From assembly GCA_008690995.1 (NCBI GenBank), contig VRMN01000004.1:1612001-1676000 (forward strand): 64,000 bases of DNA, in the 5' to 3' direction. Shown one piece after another: positions 55,001 to 64,000 of this stretch. The position numbers were made by a program, and so were the translations under genes. The notes below the pieces were generated by a model, which ran no database searches, had not been told where the DNA came from, and saw only the letters and a list, made by a program, of their open reading frames with translations. Each line of letters starts with the position of its first letter. Within the stretch, counting starts at the first letter, position 1. The DNA comes from Porphyridium purpureum. Lineage: Eukaryota.

Positions 55001-56447
55001 CGAGGCTAGGAAGCGCCTGACCATGGGGGTTGAGCTGGTAGCCAAGCCATCTATATTGTTTCTCGATGAGCCCACGTCGGGTTTAGACTCGCGCGCGGCG
55101 CTGCTATGCACTCAAGTGATGCGCAATATTGCCAACTCGGGCTGCTCAGTAATCTGCACAATCCATCAGCCGTCCATTGAGATCTTCAACCAGTTTGACG
55201 AGCTCTTACTATTGCAGCGCGGTGGAGAGACCGTGTACTTTGGCGAGCTTGGCGAAGGATCGCAGACGCTGGTAAACTACTTTACCAAAAATGGCGCGGA
55301 GCCCCTGGCTGCCGGCCAGAACCCGGCTGACTACATGCTGTTGCAGATCGGCGCCGGCCTCGGCACGAAAAAGGACAATCAACGCAATTGGCACGAAGTG
55401 TGGAAAGCATCGCCTGAGTGCGCCGAAATTTCACGCCTCGCATGTGACTCTGGAAAGTTGCTCGCTACCGGGAGCCTGTCACCCATGCTTCATGACCCGT
55501 CACGATCCATGTCTTCGTGGAAGCGGCTGCGCCTCGTGTTACGTCGCCAGGCATTAGTGTGGAAACGGTCACCTGAATACATTGTCACGCGATATGTTGT
55601 GGCCATTTTTCAGGCGCTGCTTCTGGGCTTTACGTACTTCCAGTTGGGCAACGACCAAGACAGTGCTTTTCTTATTGTTGCAAGTCTCTTTCTGTCCCTG
55701 CTTGGTGCGGCACAGCAGATCCCGGCTGTTGTCGGACCGATCATGCAAGGGCGAGCCATCATGTATCGCGAGCTCGCGTCCGGCATGTACACCGTGTTCG
55801 ATGTCTTTGTGTCCAACATCCTGGTTGAACTTCCGTCTATTCTTGTGTCTGCGCTGTTATTTCAGGTGATTTTCTACTTCACGATCGGCTTCACCGCATC
55901 GCGCTTTGGTTACTTTCTGCTGACGAATCTGCTGTTCATGCTGTGGTGCGTTGCTGTGGGCCAAGCCGTTGCCGCGTTCTCCCCAAATATGATCACCGCT
56001 CTGGCCTTTCCGGCGATTGTGGATACTCTTGGTAATGTGTTTGCTGGCTTTCTGATCCGGAAGGACAACTTTCCGGTGTACTACAGCTGGGTGTATTGGA
56101 TCAATCCGTATTCGTATTACCTTGCGGGCGTCCTCAATAACGAGCTGTCCGGAGCAACCTTTGTGTGCAGTACAGAGGCGCAAAACGTGGTGTTCGAGAA
56201 TCCGCAGCCCGGCACATCGTGCACCGCGCTGAGCAGTACGGCGTTTACATATGTTGATGTGAGTGGGCCGCCGCAATTTTCTGTATGTGGCTACTGCCTG
56301 ATAACTGCAGGCGAGGACATTCTGGAGCCTTTCGGTGCAAATGCGTTTAGCAAATGGGTCAGTGTGGGAGCTTTATCAGGGTTCTGGCTGATTTTCGTTG
56401 CGCTGCAATACGTTGGTCTCAAGTTTGTGAATCATCAGAATCGGTAG
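52083..56447 (+). CDS. Full-size ABCG/PDR transporter, paralogue 2
   Basis: Same architecture and motifs as 37801-42099; NBD2 nearly identical at protein level. Confidence 0.95.
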   Translation: MASWANAPQRGRLLDAANLEDCIGAVPPRLYEHGPRDLWEEKHQVEAAMGEFWKRDSALDVHSEHFDFRALHVWLAEMYTDHMGWNTGKVSLAFERVSVTVPVLIGAGSDGTVKESLIAPLKAVYEFVKRRMLLRTGQLILEDHKVLDSVSGYCKAGEMLLIVGPPGCGGSTLLQLLSLRGAYFSNRSGSVKYNKIDVMDQSTPMLAPLRKMCCLINQEDTHLAPLSVYDTIQFAADCLIPSIIPFAHYMREAYVISVARFLGIERVFMTPVGDENIRGCSGGERKRVTIAEMIVSELAKVVLLDTFNKGLDAAATLDITLELKNLAQKLHIAVVAIVQQPSSGVFDAFDKVLVLDQGKTIYFGPPGQACAYFEQLGFKKPEYRSVPDFVCTVSDPASFDELVPPANRDSVPVQAEDFANAFRDSPLFAECAEQLEKGLDGGDLFINEHWKELVDPEIVAYLNRESLNPRGRQLWVLLRRNFRLELLDSGTLIGDFVLSVVIGLLLGTLFLNTPDTQNGAITRTGLIFTLLVYVSMTGLATISRKYALRHVFLKQREASFYQPGSHIIASFLVDATFAALKTIVFSVCSYWLANLNRSAGRFFLFVLICFLAAMTVDSMVRLFSVVFASQISATGAAGLFNLIFLLFSGYLIPQPQIGGWFVWLFWLSPLQYAFQALVANEMYGRPITCTQGELLPVDPSIPDAFKTCLYPSGEAYATSAQYVREGFVWVWYNILILVGFMALLMSVTIVLTYRMRPTEYKYRRLLNGSRIADEAEIVKHAEKQQSQRTETHSKLKKTPSKSVGASGSIVEPHVDVDLRMAHRKPALLVWRNLSYTVPIGKGQTKQLLKGIDGFCRPGRMIALMGSSGAGKTTLMDVVAMRKTMGVVEGSILVNDFPQDEFFSRYSGYVEQMDVHQGKLTVYESLEFSARMRLSPDASDEEVQAVVEETLDVLLLGDRADQRVGTPGVDGLPAEARKRLTMGVELVAKPSILFLDEPTSGLDSRAALLCTQVMRNIANSGCSVICTIHQPSIEIFNQFDELLLLQRGGETVYFGELGEGSQTLVNYFTKNGAEPLAAGQNPADYMLLQIGAGLGTKKDNQRNWHEVWKASPECAEISRLACDSGKLLATGSLSPMLHDPSRSMSSWKRLRLVLRRQALVWKRSPEYIVTRYVVAIFQALLLGFTYFQLGNDQDSAFLIVASLFLSLLGAAQQIPAVVGPIMQGRAIMYRELASGMYTVFDVFVSNILVELPSILVSALLFQVIFYFTIGFTASRFGYFLLTNLLFMLWCVAVGQAVAAFSPNMITALAFPAIVDTLGNVFAGFLIRKDNFPVYYSWVYWINPYSYYLAGVLNNELSGATFVCSTEAQNVVFENPQPGTSCTALSSTAFTYVDVSGPPQFSVCGYCLITAGEDILEPFGANAFSKWVSVGALSGFWLIFVALQYVGLKFVNHQNR

Positions 56448-57202
56448 TTGGACGGGCCGAATGGCGACTCGGCAAGCTTGAGAAGCGGTGCATATTCTCA
56501 GATACCTTGCCGTCTGACGCGAAGCGTCTCAACGCGAATGCTCTGCTGTCGTCCGACTGTGTTGCTTCTTTGCGAGTGCTGCGGCAGCGCCTTGCAATTC
56601 CGATTTTTTTTTTTTTTGCAGGTTCTAGGCTGGACACCATGCTTCTCAGACTTTTCTTCCTTCATCTTTATCCCGCAGTTTTCATACCATCTTTCTTCCT
56701 TGTCATGCGCTTTCAAACCACCACGGGCATCCTTCTTTGATACTTTTCACGAGACGCCACGTGTTTACCAAGTGACACACCCAGCCGCGTGAAAGCCACA
56801 CGGACCCCGCGATTCTTTACTGGCGCAACGCGCCAGCGCGCTCGACATGGGCGCGCCGATCAAGACGCACGACCTGATTATCACCTCCTTGCGCGCCAGC
56901 TCACGTGCAGCGACGTGTTTCTCGATCGCCACCGCCAATCATTGGCAAGGGGCCTCGACGTGGATTTGTGCTTCAGAGGATTCGATCAGGATCGAGCAGA
57001 AACCTTAGAGGGTCTTGCCGCACGCCGCCGGTGCCGTCGACTGGGATGAGATGGTTCGATGCGCAATCTCACACAGCAGCGGGATGCTCATGTGGTTGTG
57101 CTCTGCGAGACACATGTCGTAGGCCACGTTCCGCTCGCATGCAAAGCCGGGATGCAGTACAAATACAGAAATTTAGTGTGATCGTGAACTTCCAGTTAAA
57201 GA

Positions 57203-58111
57203 TTAATCCATAACCATCAGGAGCGTGTCGTCGTCGCGAATGTCAGCCGCGCGTGAAACCATGCTGTATCGGTCGGGTGCGTACATGAGCTTGACCTCGC
57301 ACTGCTGTACTCGCTGCTCGTCCTCCGCCAAACCAAGTGCCGCGCCAATGGCGCGCTTCAACGCTTCATCGTCCATGTCGTCGCGAATGGTGGCGAAGCG
57401 CACGTCGTCCGGGTTGCGCGAGCTGGACACAAACACGCGCTTTGGTGCCGGCGCTTCGTGTGATACCTTGACGTCAACCTCGACGCCAACTTGGCGATCT
57501 TGGGCCTTGCGCGCGCGCATGGCGTCATTAATTTGCATGACAAGCGCGTGTGGGTCTTCCACAAGCATCCACTCGCCGGCTGGCTCCACGGCGTTGGTCT
57601 CGGAGTGTGCGGTATGCCTGCTCTGAAATCCGGCGGTCTGAACAGAGGCGTGCGGCACCTGCATGCACGTGCATCCCTTTCCCGGCGTGTCGACAGAAGC
57701 CATTATAACATGATCGTATGGGACTCGCGACAGACTGTTTCCATTCGTTACGGCAAACTTGCCGCGTTCATCCATATCCATGATGATTGTGTAAAGCGCT
57801 TCATCCGTGACTACATAATAAGTTCGGCCCAGCTTTTTGCGCTCAAACTCTGCGCGGTAGATGAACAGCGGACATAGCAGCCATGCTGCGGGGACAATAA
57901 AGACGATGTAATTCATGTTAGCTTTCTTGTTGACAAGCTGCTTGGTCGGATGATGCACGCCGACAATGGTCTCATGCGGCCCCACGACGGACAAGATATG
58001 CGCTTGCACGATTTTCGGCAGCGTCTCCATTGTCGCAGAATTCCGTCTGTGCTTCTCTCCGCCTCGTTCTATAGAAAAAAATCCAAGAACCTGATCCCTG
58101 TTCTCAGTCAC
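57203..58111 (-). CDS. Hypothetical protein (TM segment, PH-like beta region)
   Basis: 302-aa ORF; hydrophobic YIVFIVPAAWLLCPLFIY followed by TYYVVTD motif. Confidence 0.6.
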   Translation of the reverse strand: MTENRDQVLGFFSIERGGEKHRRNSATMETLPKIVQAHILSVVGPHETIVGVHHPTKQLVNKKANMNYIVFIVPAAWLLCPLFIYRAEFERKKLGRTYYVVTDEALYTIIMDMDERGKFAVTNGNSLSRVPYDHVIMASVDTPGKGCTCMQVPHASVQTAGFQSRHTAHSETNAVEPAGEWMLVEDPHALVMQINDAMRARKAQDRQVGVEVDVKVSHEAPAPKRVFVSSSRNPDDVRFATIRDDMDDEALKRAIGAALGLAEDEQRVQQCEVKLMYAPDRYSMVSRAADIRDDDTLLMVMD

Positions 58112-58357
58112 AACCGTGCCACGTCAATAGCCGTCTCAGTGCTCTGTGTCCGCTTTTCGCTCTGCTCTTCGTTGTGGCTCCTTGCACATACTGCCACTCG
58201 ACGGCGCCCCACACACACACATACCAGCTCATATATATACCGCGGCGCGATGCGCTCTGCGCGCTCGTCCGCGCACAAACACCGTCAGGCGCTTACGGTA
58301 CTGTACTTACTTACACTCATCATGCTTACACTGTACGTTCAGCGCGCACGATGCGCG

Positions 58358-60496
58358 CTACTCGCGCCGAAGGCGTGCGTACCGACGATGGTTCTGGTCC
58401 GACTTGGAGAGCGACGCCCACATGGACTGGAACATCTCGGACAGACGGCCGAGCAGCAGCGAGTATGTGAGCGGATGGCGCTCGCGGACGTGGCCCTCCT
58501 CGTCGAACTCGTACTGGCTGCCGCAGTCTCCCATGCACTCGCCGCACGGACCGGCCAGTGCGCGCACAACGCCCCAGTACCCGCCTCCGCCGCCGGACAA
58601 TAGCTCATTTCTGTTCGCAACCAGCTCGTTACGGTGAGCGAGGTGCTCCGCTCTTCTTTTCTGCTGCTCCACGCGCAGATTCGCAATTTGCTTCATGCGG
58701 TCTTGCAATTTGACCATGCAAAACTCCCACGCGTCCTGTACGATTTCCTTCGTAGCCAGCGGACGTCCGAATGTCTTCACTCGCTCACGCCACAGCGCCA
58801 GTTCAACCGGATCGGACAACCACTGCACGACAATGCTTGCGATCTCGTCCGGTTCGTCACTGTACGCGCCAATCTTGTTCTCCAGCACAAAGTGGACGTT
58901 TCCTTCTTCTTGGCCCGGCAGGTAGGATGAAAGCAGCACAGGCAGCCCACAAATCAGCGCCTCTGCAATCGTGCCGGGCCCAGCTTTTGTAATAATCAAG
59001 TCCGACGCACGCATCCACTCGTGCATATTATTCACAAACTCCAGTACATGCATGGGCACACCGACTTTCAATTTGCGCAACTCGGCCGCCAGCAGCTTGT
59101 TCTTGCCGCAAATGACGACAATCTGTACAAGAGTCGATGACGCAGCTGGTGCCGGAGCCTTTGGCAAAGCACCATTTGCAACACTGCCAGCACCTGACGC
59201 CGCCACGCGCTGAGCAACTGCCGTCGCCACGGCCTGCAGCCCGCCAACACCATCTCCACCGCCAACAATCAAAACAGTTTGAGCGTGTGTGTCCAAACCC
59301 AAGTGTGCACGAATCGCTGCGACGGAGCGCGTCTCCTCCCAAAACGCCGGTCGCACGGGTAAACCAAACATGCGTACCTGTTCCGATCTCATTCCTTCTT
59401 CGAATGCGACCGCCTTGACCGGCTCACTTGGGACATAGCACAAATCGACGCCGCGATGGAACCAGGTCGGGTGTGCGCCTCCGTAGTCTGTCACCACTGT
59501 GATGAACGGCACGTGCATCACTTTACTCTCTTCCTCAAAGCAGAGCAGAATTTCCTTGGTCAGCTGCTGCACGAGTGGGTGCACCGAAATGACGAGGTCC
59601 GGACGAAACTCTTCAAAAAAGTCTCGCACGTTCTGATACGCGAACAGCTCGAAAACAAAGTCGTTGAAGCCGCGCGCGATCCGAATTTTGGTCAAATTGT
59701 ACAGAAACTTCCACATCCACGGGTACTTGGCCAGCGTCGCATACTGTTGCGGGAAATTCCGGAACGGAAACCCCGCCAATTGGACCCAAAAATCCTTGAT
59801 CACAATCTCGCACATCGAGCCAAATTGCTGCTCAAAGGCTGTCTTCAGTGCTTCGGCACTTGCGCGATGCCCGCCGCCGGTGTCAGACATGAGAATCAGG
59901 ATTTTAACTCTTGCCAGCGACGAGCGCTCTGTGGATACACGAGAGTGCAGCATGGTGGAGCTTTCAGAAATCGCCGCTTCGGGGGCGGAAAGCTCGTCCG
60001 GCTCCGGGTACATGAGCTCCTGCGTGATGTCGAACTCGTCGGCCAGATCAATCGAGTCATGCGGATCATGGAGCTGCTGGTGTTGCCGTTGCTGCGCGGT
60101 CATTGTAGGCTGCGACGCATGCGTGACCAGCGTCCCAGAAGACACAGATGCAACATCGTCGTCCAAATGTGATCGTTGCATGTTCATGCTTGCACTAGCG
60201 CCTCTCATCAGCGACGCCCGCGACTCGGACGGCAGCGCGGACATGCCCACGGCCAATGGCGGAAGGCTATGCCCCTGCAACCCATACTGCTCGTACGCCT
60301 GTCCATGTCTTCCGCCGGCGCGATGCGCAGCCGCATCCGCACGCGCGCCGCTTGCGCCACTGCCTCCGCCCGCCAGCTCATACCACTTCCTACCTTCGGA
60401 GGACGCAAATGCCGCAGATAACGACTCGGCTTCTCTCGCGGGTGACACGGAACGACCCGCCGACGTCTTTGCTCGCTCGCTCCGCCCTTCCATCAT
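58358..60496 (-). CDS. MGD: Monogalactosyldiacylglycerol synthase (GT28, plant-type MGD)
   Basis: ILILMSDTGGGHRASAEAL, PDLVISVHPLVQ, TVVTD...HPTWFH, GLPVRPAF, GGGDGVG, ICGKN, ITKAGPGTIAEA, PGQEEGNV. Confidence 0.93.
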   Translation of the reverse strand: MMEGRSERAKTSAGRSVSPAREAESLSAAFASSEGRKWYELAGGGSGASGARADAAAHRAGGRHGQAYEQYGLQGHSLPPLAVGMSALPSESRASLMRGASASMNMQRSHLDDDVASVSSGTLVTHASQPTMTAQQRQHQQLHDPHDSIDLADEFDITQELMYPEPDELSAPEAAISESSTMLHSRVSTERSSLARVKILILMSDTGGGHRASAEALKTAFEQQFGSMCEIVIKDFWVQLAGFPFRNFPQQYATLAKYPWMWKFLYNLTKIRIARGFNDFVFELFAYQNVRDFFEEFRPDLVISVHPLVQQLTKEILLCFEEESKVMHVPFITVVTDYGGAHPTWFHRGVDLCYVPSEPVKAVAFEEGMRSEQVRMFGLPVRPAFWEETRSVAAIRAHLGLDTHAQTVLIVGGGDGVGGLQAVATAVAQRVAASGAGSVANGALPKAPAPAASSTLVQIVVICGKNKLLAAELRKLKVGVPMHVLEFVNNMHEWMRASDLIITKAGPGTIAEALICGLPVLLSSYLPGQEEGNVHFVLENKIGAYSDEPDEIASIVVQWLSDPVELALWRERVKTFGRPLATKEIVQDAWEFCMVKLQDRMKQIANLRVEQQKRRAEHLAHRNELVANRNELLSGGGGGYWGVVRALAGPCGECMGDCGSQYEFDEEGHVRERHPLTYSLLLGRLSEMFQSMWASLSKSDQNHRRYARLRRE

Positions 60497-60656
60497 CGCC
60501 GTCTCCTCAAGCCTTCTTCTTCTCCGTCTTTCTCTCTCTCTCTCTCTCTCTCACTCTCTCTTTCTCTCCTTCCCTCTGTTGACCGCACGAAACCGCGCAC
60601 CGACTTCTCCGTCATCGGTCACTTTTATATAAATTCCGCGCGTTTTACTACGAACC

Positions 60657-61844
60657 TTAAACTTGCACGCGCTGCTCGGTGAAGCGGAGCACCGAGAGCA
60701 GGCGTCCGCCGATGGCCGCGCTCTGGTGGCTGCGGCGGTACTTGGCAATGAGCCACTCACTGGTTTGGGGCTCTCGTGACTGGCGACACAGCACGTAACT
60801 ATCTTCAGCCTTATCCGCTTCTTCATCCTTACATTCCTCCATGTAGGTGGCCACGCAAACGCCGCGAGGTAGCAAGACCAGCTTGGACCATGACTCGATC
60901 TCTGCCTCGCCGCGAGTGACTTGCTCATCCGGCAGCGTTCTGTACGCGTTTGTGAGCGCGTCATAGTGGGTGATTGAAGTGCGTGAAAATGTACCGCACA
61001 GTTGGTCTCGGCTGGTCGGCGCGTCCTTGGCAAATGAGGTTTGTGAGCCACCGCAGCTATGTAGTACTTGGCCGTCCCTAAATGGTGCGTCGTACAGCTC
61101 GTCGCACAAGGTCACGCTGTTTCTAGCTAGCGCGACATGTAAAATGCAACGCTGCTGGGGTGTAGAATCACGCGCAGAGGCCATGCCAACTGTGATCAGC
61201 GCCTGCGCACTTCCGCTGTCGTACACGTGCGGCGTGCACCAGAATGAGCCATCTGCAAACGGAACACAGAATGGCGCGCCTGCCTCATCCGTTTGCTGGT
61301 CACGTGTGCCAGATCCCACCAGGCGAAACATCGAGTCGGTCACCTCTGTGGCGACGGCGTCAGCTTCGCATCCAACCGCCGGCAGCATTCTGGTGCGCTT
61401 CAGCTGCAAGCAGCTCTTGCCATCGCTGTCCACGTCCACGCGGCTCGATGTGAGCGCATCAAAGCCGAGCAACTCAATGTCCCATGTGCGAAAAGCGTCT
61501 GGAATCAGTCGCTCCGGAATGGACTGTGGAGCTCCTGTTCGCGCAGAGAATGTGACCTCATAACCCACAAACTCGCCTTCAGCTCGCGCACCGAACGCGC
61601 TCAGCACTTTGTCAACCGACTGCAAGTCTCCCGAGAATTTTGCCGCAGAGAAATCCTGCTGTTGTCCCGCTGAGACCGCACATCGCAGCGTGTGGCGACG
61701 ACTGAGGCCTTGTGCACGCTGGCAGACCGACTGCGAACGAGCGCCGAAAACGTGCCCATTCCTGCCCACAGACGAAACGCGGACGCTTTCCCCGCGTCGG
61801 TTCGGGATGGCTCGCAACCCAGCCTGCACAAAGCCAAGACCCAT
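60657..61844 (-). CDS. Hypothetical plastid-targeted protein
   Basis: MGLGFVQAG transit-like start at 61844; globular region with LPAVGCEADAV. Confidence 0.7.
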   Translation of the reverse strand: MGLGFVQAGLRAIPNRRGESVRVSSVGRNGHVFGARSQSVCQRAQGLSRRHTLRCAVSAGQQQDFSAAKFSGDLQSVDKVLSAFGARAEGEFVGYEVTFSARTGAPQSIPERLIPDAFRTWDIELLGFDALTSSRVDVDSDGKSCLQLKRTRMLPAVGCEADAVATEVTDSMFRLVGSGTRDQQTDEAGAPFCVPFADGSFWCTPHVYDSGSAQALITVGMASARDSTPQQRCILHVALARNSVTLCDELYDAPFRDGQVLHSCGGSQTSFAKDAPTSRDQLCGTFSRTSITHYDALTNAYRTLPDEQVTRGEAEIESWSKLVLLPRGVCVATYMEECKDEEADKAEDSYVLCRQSREPQTSEWLIAKYRRSHQSAAIGGRLLSVLRFTEQRVQV

Positions 61845-63187
61845 GTCGACTTGTCGAGCTGATGTCCCGCACTCTTCGCGACGTGTCCAGTCGCTGACGC
61901 GTTGGAAGCACAGCAAAGTAGCCCTGTTTGAAGAAGGATGAGCAGAGCGCAAGATGCAATGAGAAGCATGAGGCGTTTAACGAGAATAGGATGGACAGAG
62001 AACCGCACCGGGATCGCCGCGATTGGTGTGCGGTCGGGGGAAATGATGGCAATGACATGAGCCGCAATGCCATGTGGCGATTGCGTGACGACCCAAGTGG
62101 CCGTTCTCCATAGCATGTGTAGACGGCCAAGTCTCAACATCAAGACGCACAGTAGATAGAGCGAGCGGCTCTGTTCGAGTTGGGAGCTGCGGCAGTCGAA
62201 GTTGATACAGCCGCGAGAGGTCGATATTTAGCGATTTTCTAAAAGGCAGTGACGCCATACACCACCGTCGTTTGCACAAGCCACACAATGCTGGTGAAGG
62301 CAAAAACCGTTTCTGCGGGCAACATTGACGCTCAGTGCCTTCATAGCACATACCTGCACATGTGCTTTTCGGTGGCGGGACCGGACGAGATTCTTGCTGG
62401 TGTGCATCGCCCGACACATGCGTTGGATGTCAAGAAAGTGAACATCAATGACAAGGACCACCTTGCGCATGGGTGACCTTCTGACCATTCCATGAAGGTA
62501 ATTCACCGTAAAAGTAGCGGGCTGTGGCATACGATTGGACCACGTTTGATGCCCTTAATTGGATCACTCTTAGCATAAACGAGCATGGTTGCCTCTTGGT
62601 GACCGGTGGCAACCGCGTGATCCGCGCGCGGCGCGACACTGTGCTCGTTCAGTCCCTTGAAAATGCTCTGCCTTGGGTGTACGTGCATGCGAGCGCCGTA
62701 CGCGTCCTCGGATATCAAATGTTTGACCAGATTACCGCGCCGGGCCTGACCAGAATGCAGCTGCATCAATCGCGCGGGAAAGCGCGTGGTTGCGGAATAC
62801 TAGCCTGTGATGGTCAGGCAGACAAACGACCCTGTTTGCAAGTTCAAAACGTGCATCAGCCACGGCATCAGTCACAAAATATTCCAAAGAAAGATATCGT
62901 GACTTTTTCCTGCCATCGAGTTCACCCATGCAGACCGACGTGCGCATCGTCATCTTCCTTCATGTGGTGAGAATGCAGCACTGCGCGAGACAAGCTGAGT
63001 TTCGTTCTCGGTTTTTCGAACCAATCATGCCATACGCAATGCACTGCGCAGGTCGTGCACGAACCGAATCAGTAATCCAAGTCTCTTTGCGCAACCGAAA
63101 CGTGCGACTTTGACGGTTTCGCCATTCCGAGTGTGAAAGCTACAAACCACTCGAGCGAAACCGCTTCTGTCCTGTACGCAGCTTTCC

Positions 63188-64000
63188 CTAGAGTAGCAGA
63201 TTAAAGAATGCACTATTATCTTGCCGCGTCCCATCTTCAATGGCCTCGGGGCAGTTGACCAGCAGATCCACCGCGTTTTCTACGTCGCCATTTGCCTGCA
63301 GAAGCGCCCGAGATACTTTTCTGGGATCCATTTCTGCGCTCAGGTGCACGACTTGCTCGAGCTTGGAGATCGACAGCCGGAAGGACTGTTTCTGGAGGGA
63401 GCGAAACGTGACATGTGCGTTGCTCAGCAGCCAACCGCCGTCTTCGACACACCGTTCGACCAGCAGCGGTGGGTATGGTCCTACGCGAATGGCCTGGCCG
63501 CGGAACGTGTTTGAAATGCTGCATGGAAGTGATTCAGGATGGAAGCTGTTTGAAAACATGAGGTTGCCAGTGTCGTCGACACAAAATTCGCCATCCGAAA
63601 TGGGTACCTCATTGAGCTCATCCGGCAAGCTCTCCTCTAGCAGCGACTTTACCTGGAAGGAGGAGAAAAACCACTCGTGCCTGCAAAGCTCTGGTACCGA
63701 AATGTAGGGGCGACGGAGCTCGGCCGTCTCCATCCAGAGCAGGGCCTCCCGCCAGCTGCGGGGCGGAAGCGACGTGCGAAACTGGATTTCAATGGCGTGG
63801 TTGGCGGGAGCTCCAAGCTCGCGACTGTCACACGCGCTCCAGCGTGATTTAAGCCGCAGCGGCTTACTTTTCATGCCGCGAGCGGTATCCAAGCGGCAAT
63901 ACTCATTCTTGGCGGCGAGTTTCTTTGACGCGCGAATTGTGGTCTGCGACGCCTTGGGGAACGAGCCCCAAGCGAGCAGTGTGTCCTTGTAATAATTCTG
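63188..64000 (-). CDS. Hypothetical protein with C-terminal UBA-like domain, 5'-partial
   Basis: Frame open to 64000; VSRALLQANGDVENAVDLL is UBA-like. Confidence 0.65.
   Translation of the reverse strand, partial: QNYYKDTLLAWGSFPKASQTTIRASKKLAAKNEYCRLDTARGMKSKPLRLKSRWSACDSRELGAPANHAIEIQFRTSLPPRSWREALLWMETAELRRPYISVPELCRHEWFFSSFQVKSLLEESLPDELNEVPISDGEFCVDDTGNLMFSNSFHPESLPCSISNTFRGQAIRVGPYPPLLVERCVEDGGWLLSNAHVTFRSLQKQSFRLSISKLEQVVHLSAEMDPRKVSRALLQANGDVENAVDLLVNCPEAIEDGTRQDNSAFFNLLL

Noticed and set aside
20572..60496. Lipid/isoprenoid biosynthetic gene cluster (LCYB, CYP710, MGD, Sec14, ABCG)
   Set aside because: Different pathways and compartments, interspersed with housekeeping genes; expected by chance in a dense genome.

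Overview
Gene-dense, GC-rich, essentially intron-free eukaryotic nuclear DNA from a photosynthetic microalga, most consistent with a unicellular red alga of the Porphyridium type. The organism call is an inference from Phe-containing transit-peptide starts (MIGFV, MMAFQ, MGLGFV), CYP710, plant-type MGD, lycopene cyclase and an intron-containing Pol III tRNA. About 25 protein genes are present: CtpA, class I aldolase, HAT/TPR (HCF107/Mbb1-like), two tandem CRAL-TRIO/Sec14 paralogues (one decaying), lycopene cyclase, cyanobacterial-type RqcH/NFACT, CDKC/CDK9-like kinase, CYP710, MCM10-like, WD40, POP5, two inverted full-size ABCG/PDR transporters, stand-alone CofH, HI0933/YhiN flavoprotein, MGDG synthase and several hypotheticals, plus tRNA-Ser(CGA). 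There are two transposon-rich pockets: a nested LTR-retrotransposon cluster at about 14.3-16.0 kb between the Sec14 copies, and a pocket of about 10 kb between the inverted ABCG genes holding a solo LTR with TSD and two Tc1/mariner relics that bracket cofH and the HI0933 gene. The best candidates for new biology are the prokaryote-type stand-alone CofH (deazaflavin pathway, possible HGT) inside this pocket, a plastid-type RqcH, and ABCG transporters with an unusual Lys-less Walker A. No database searches were possible; family calls rest on motif recognition, and no complete novel system can be proven from the sequence alone.
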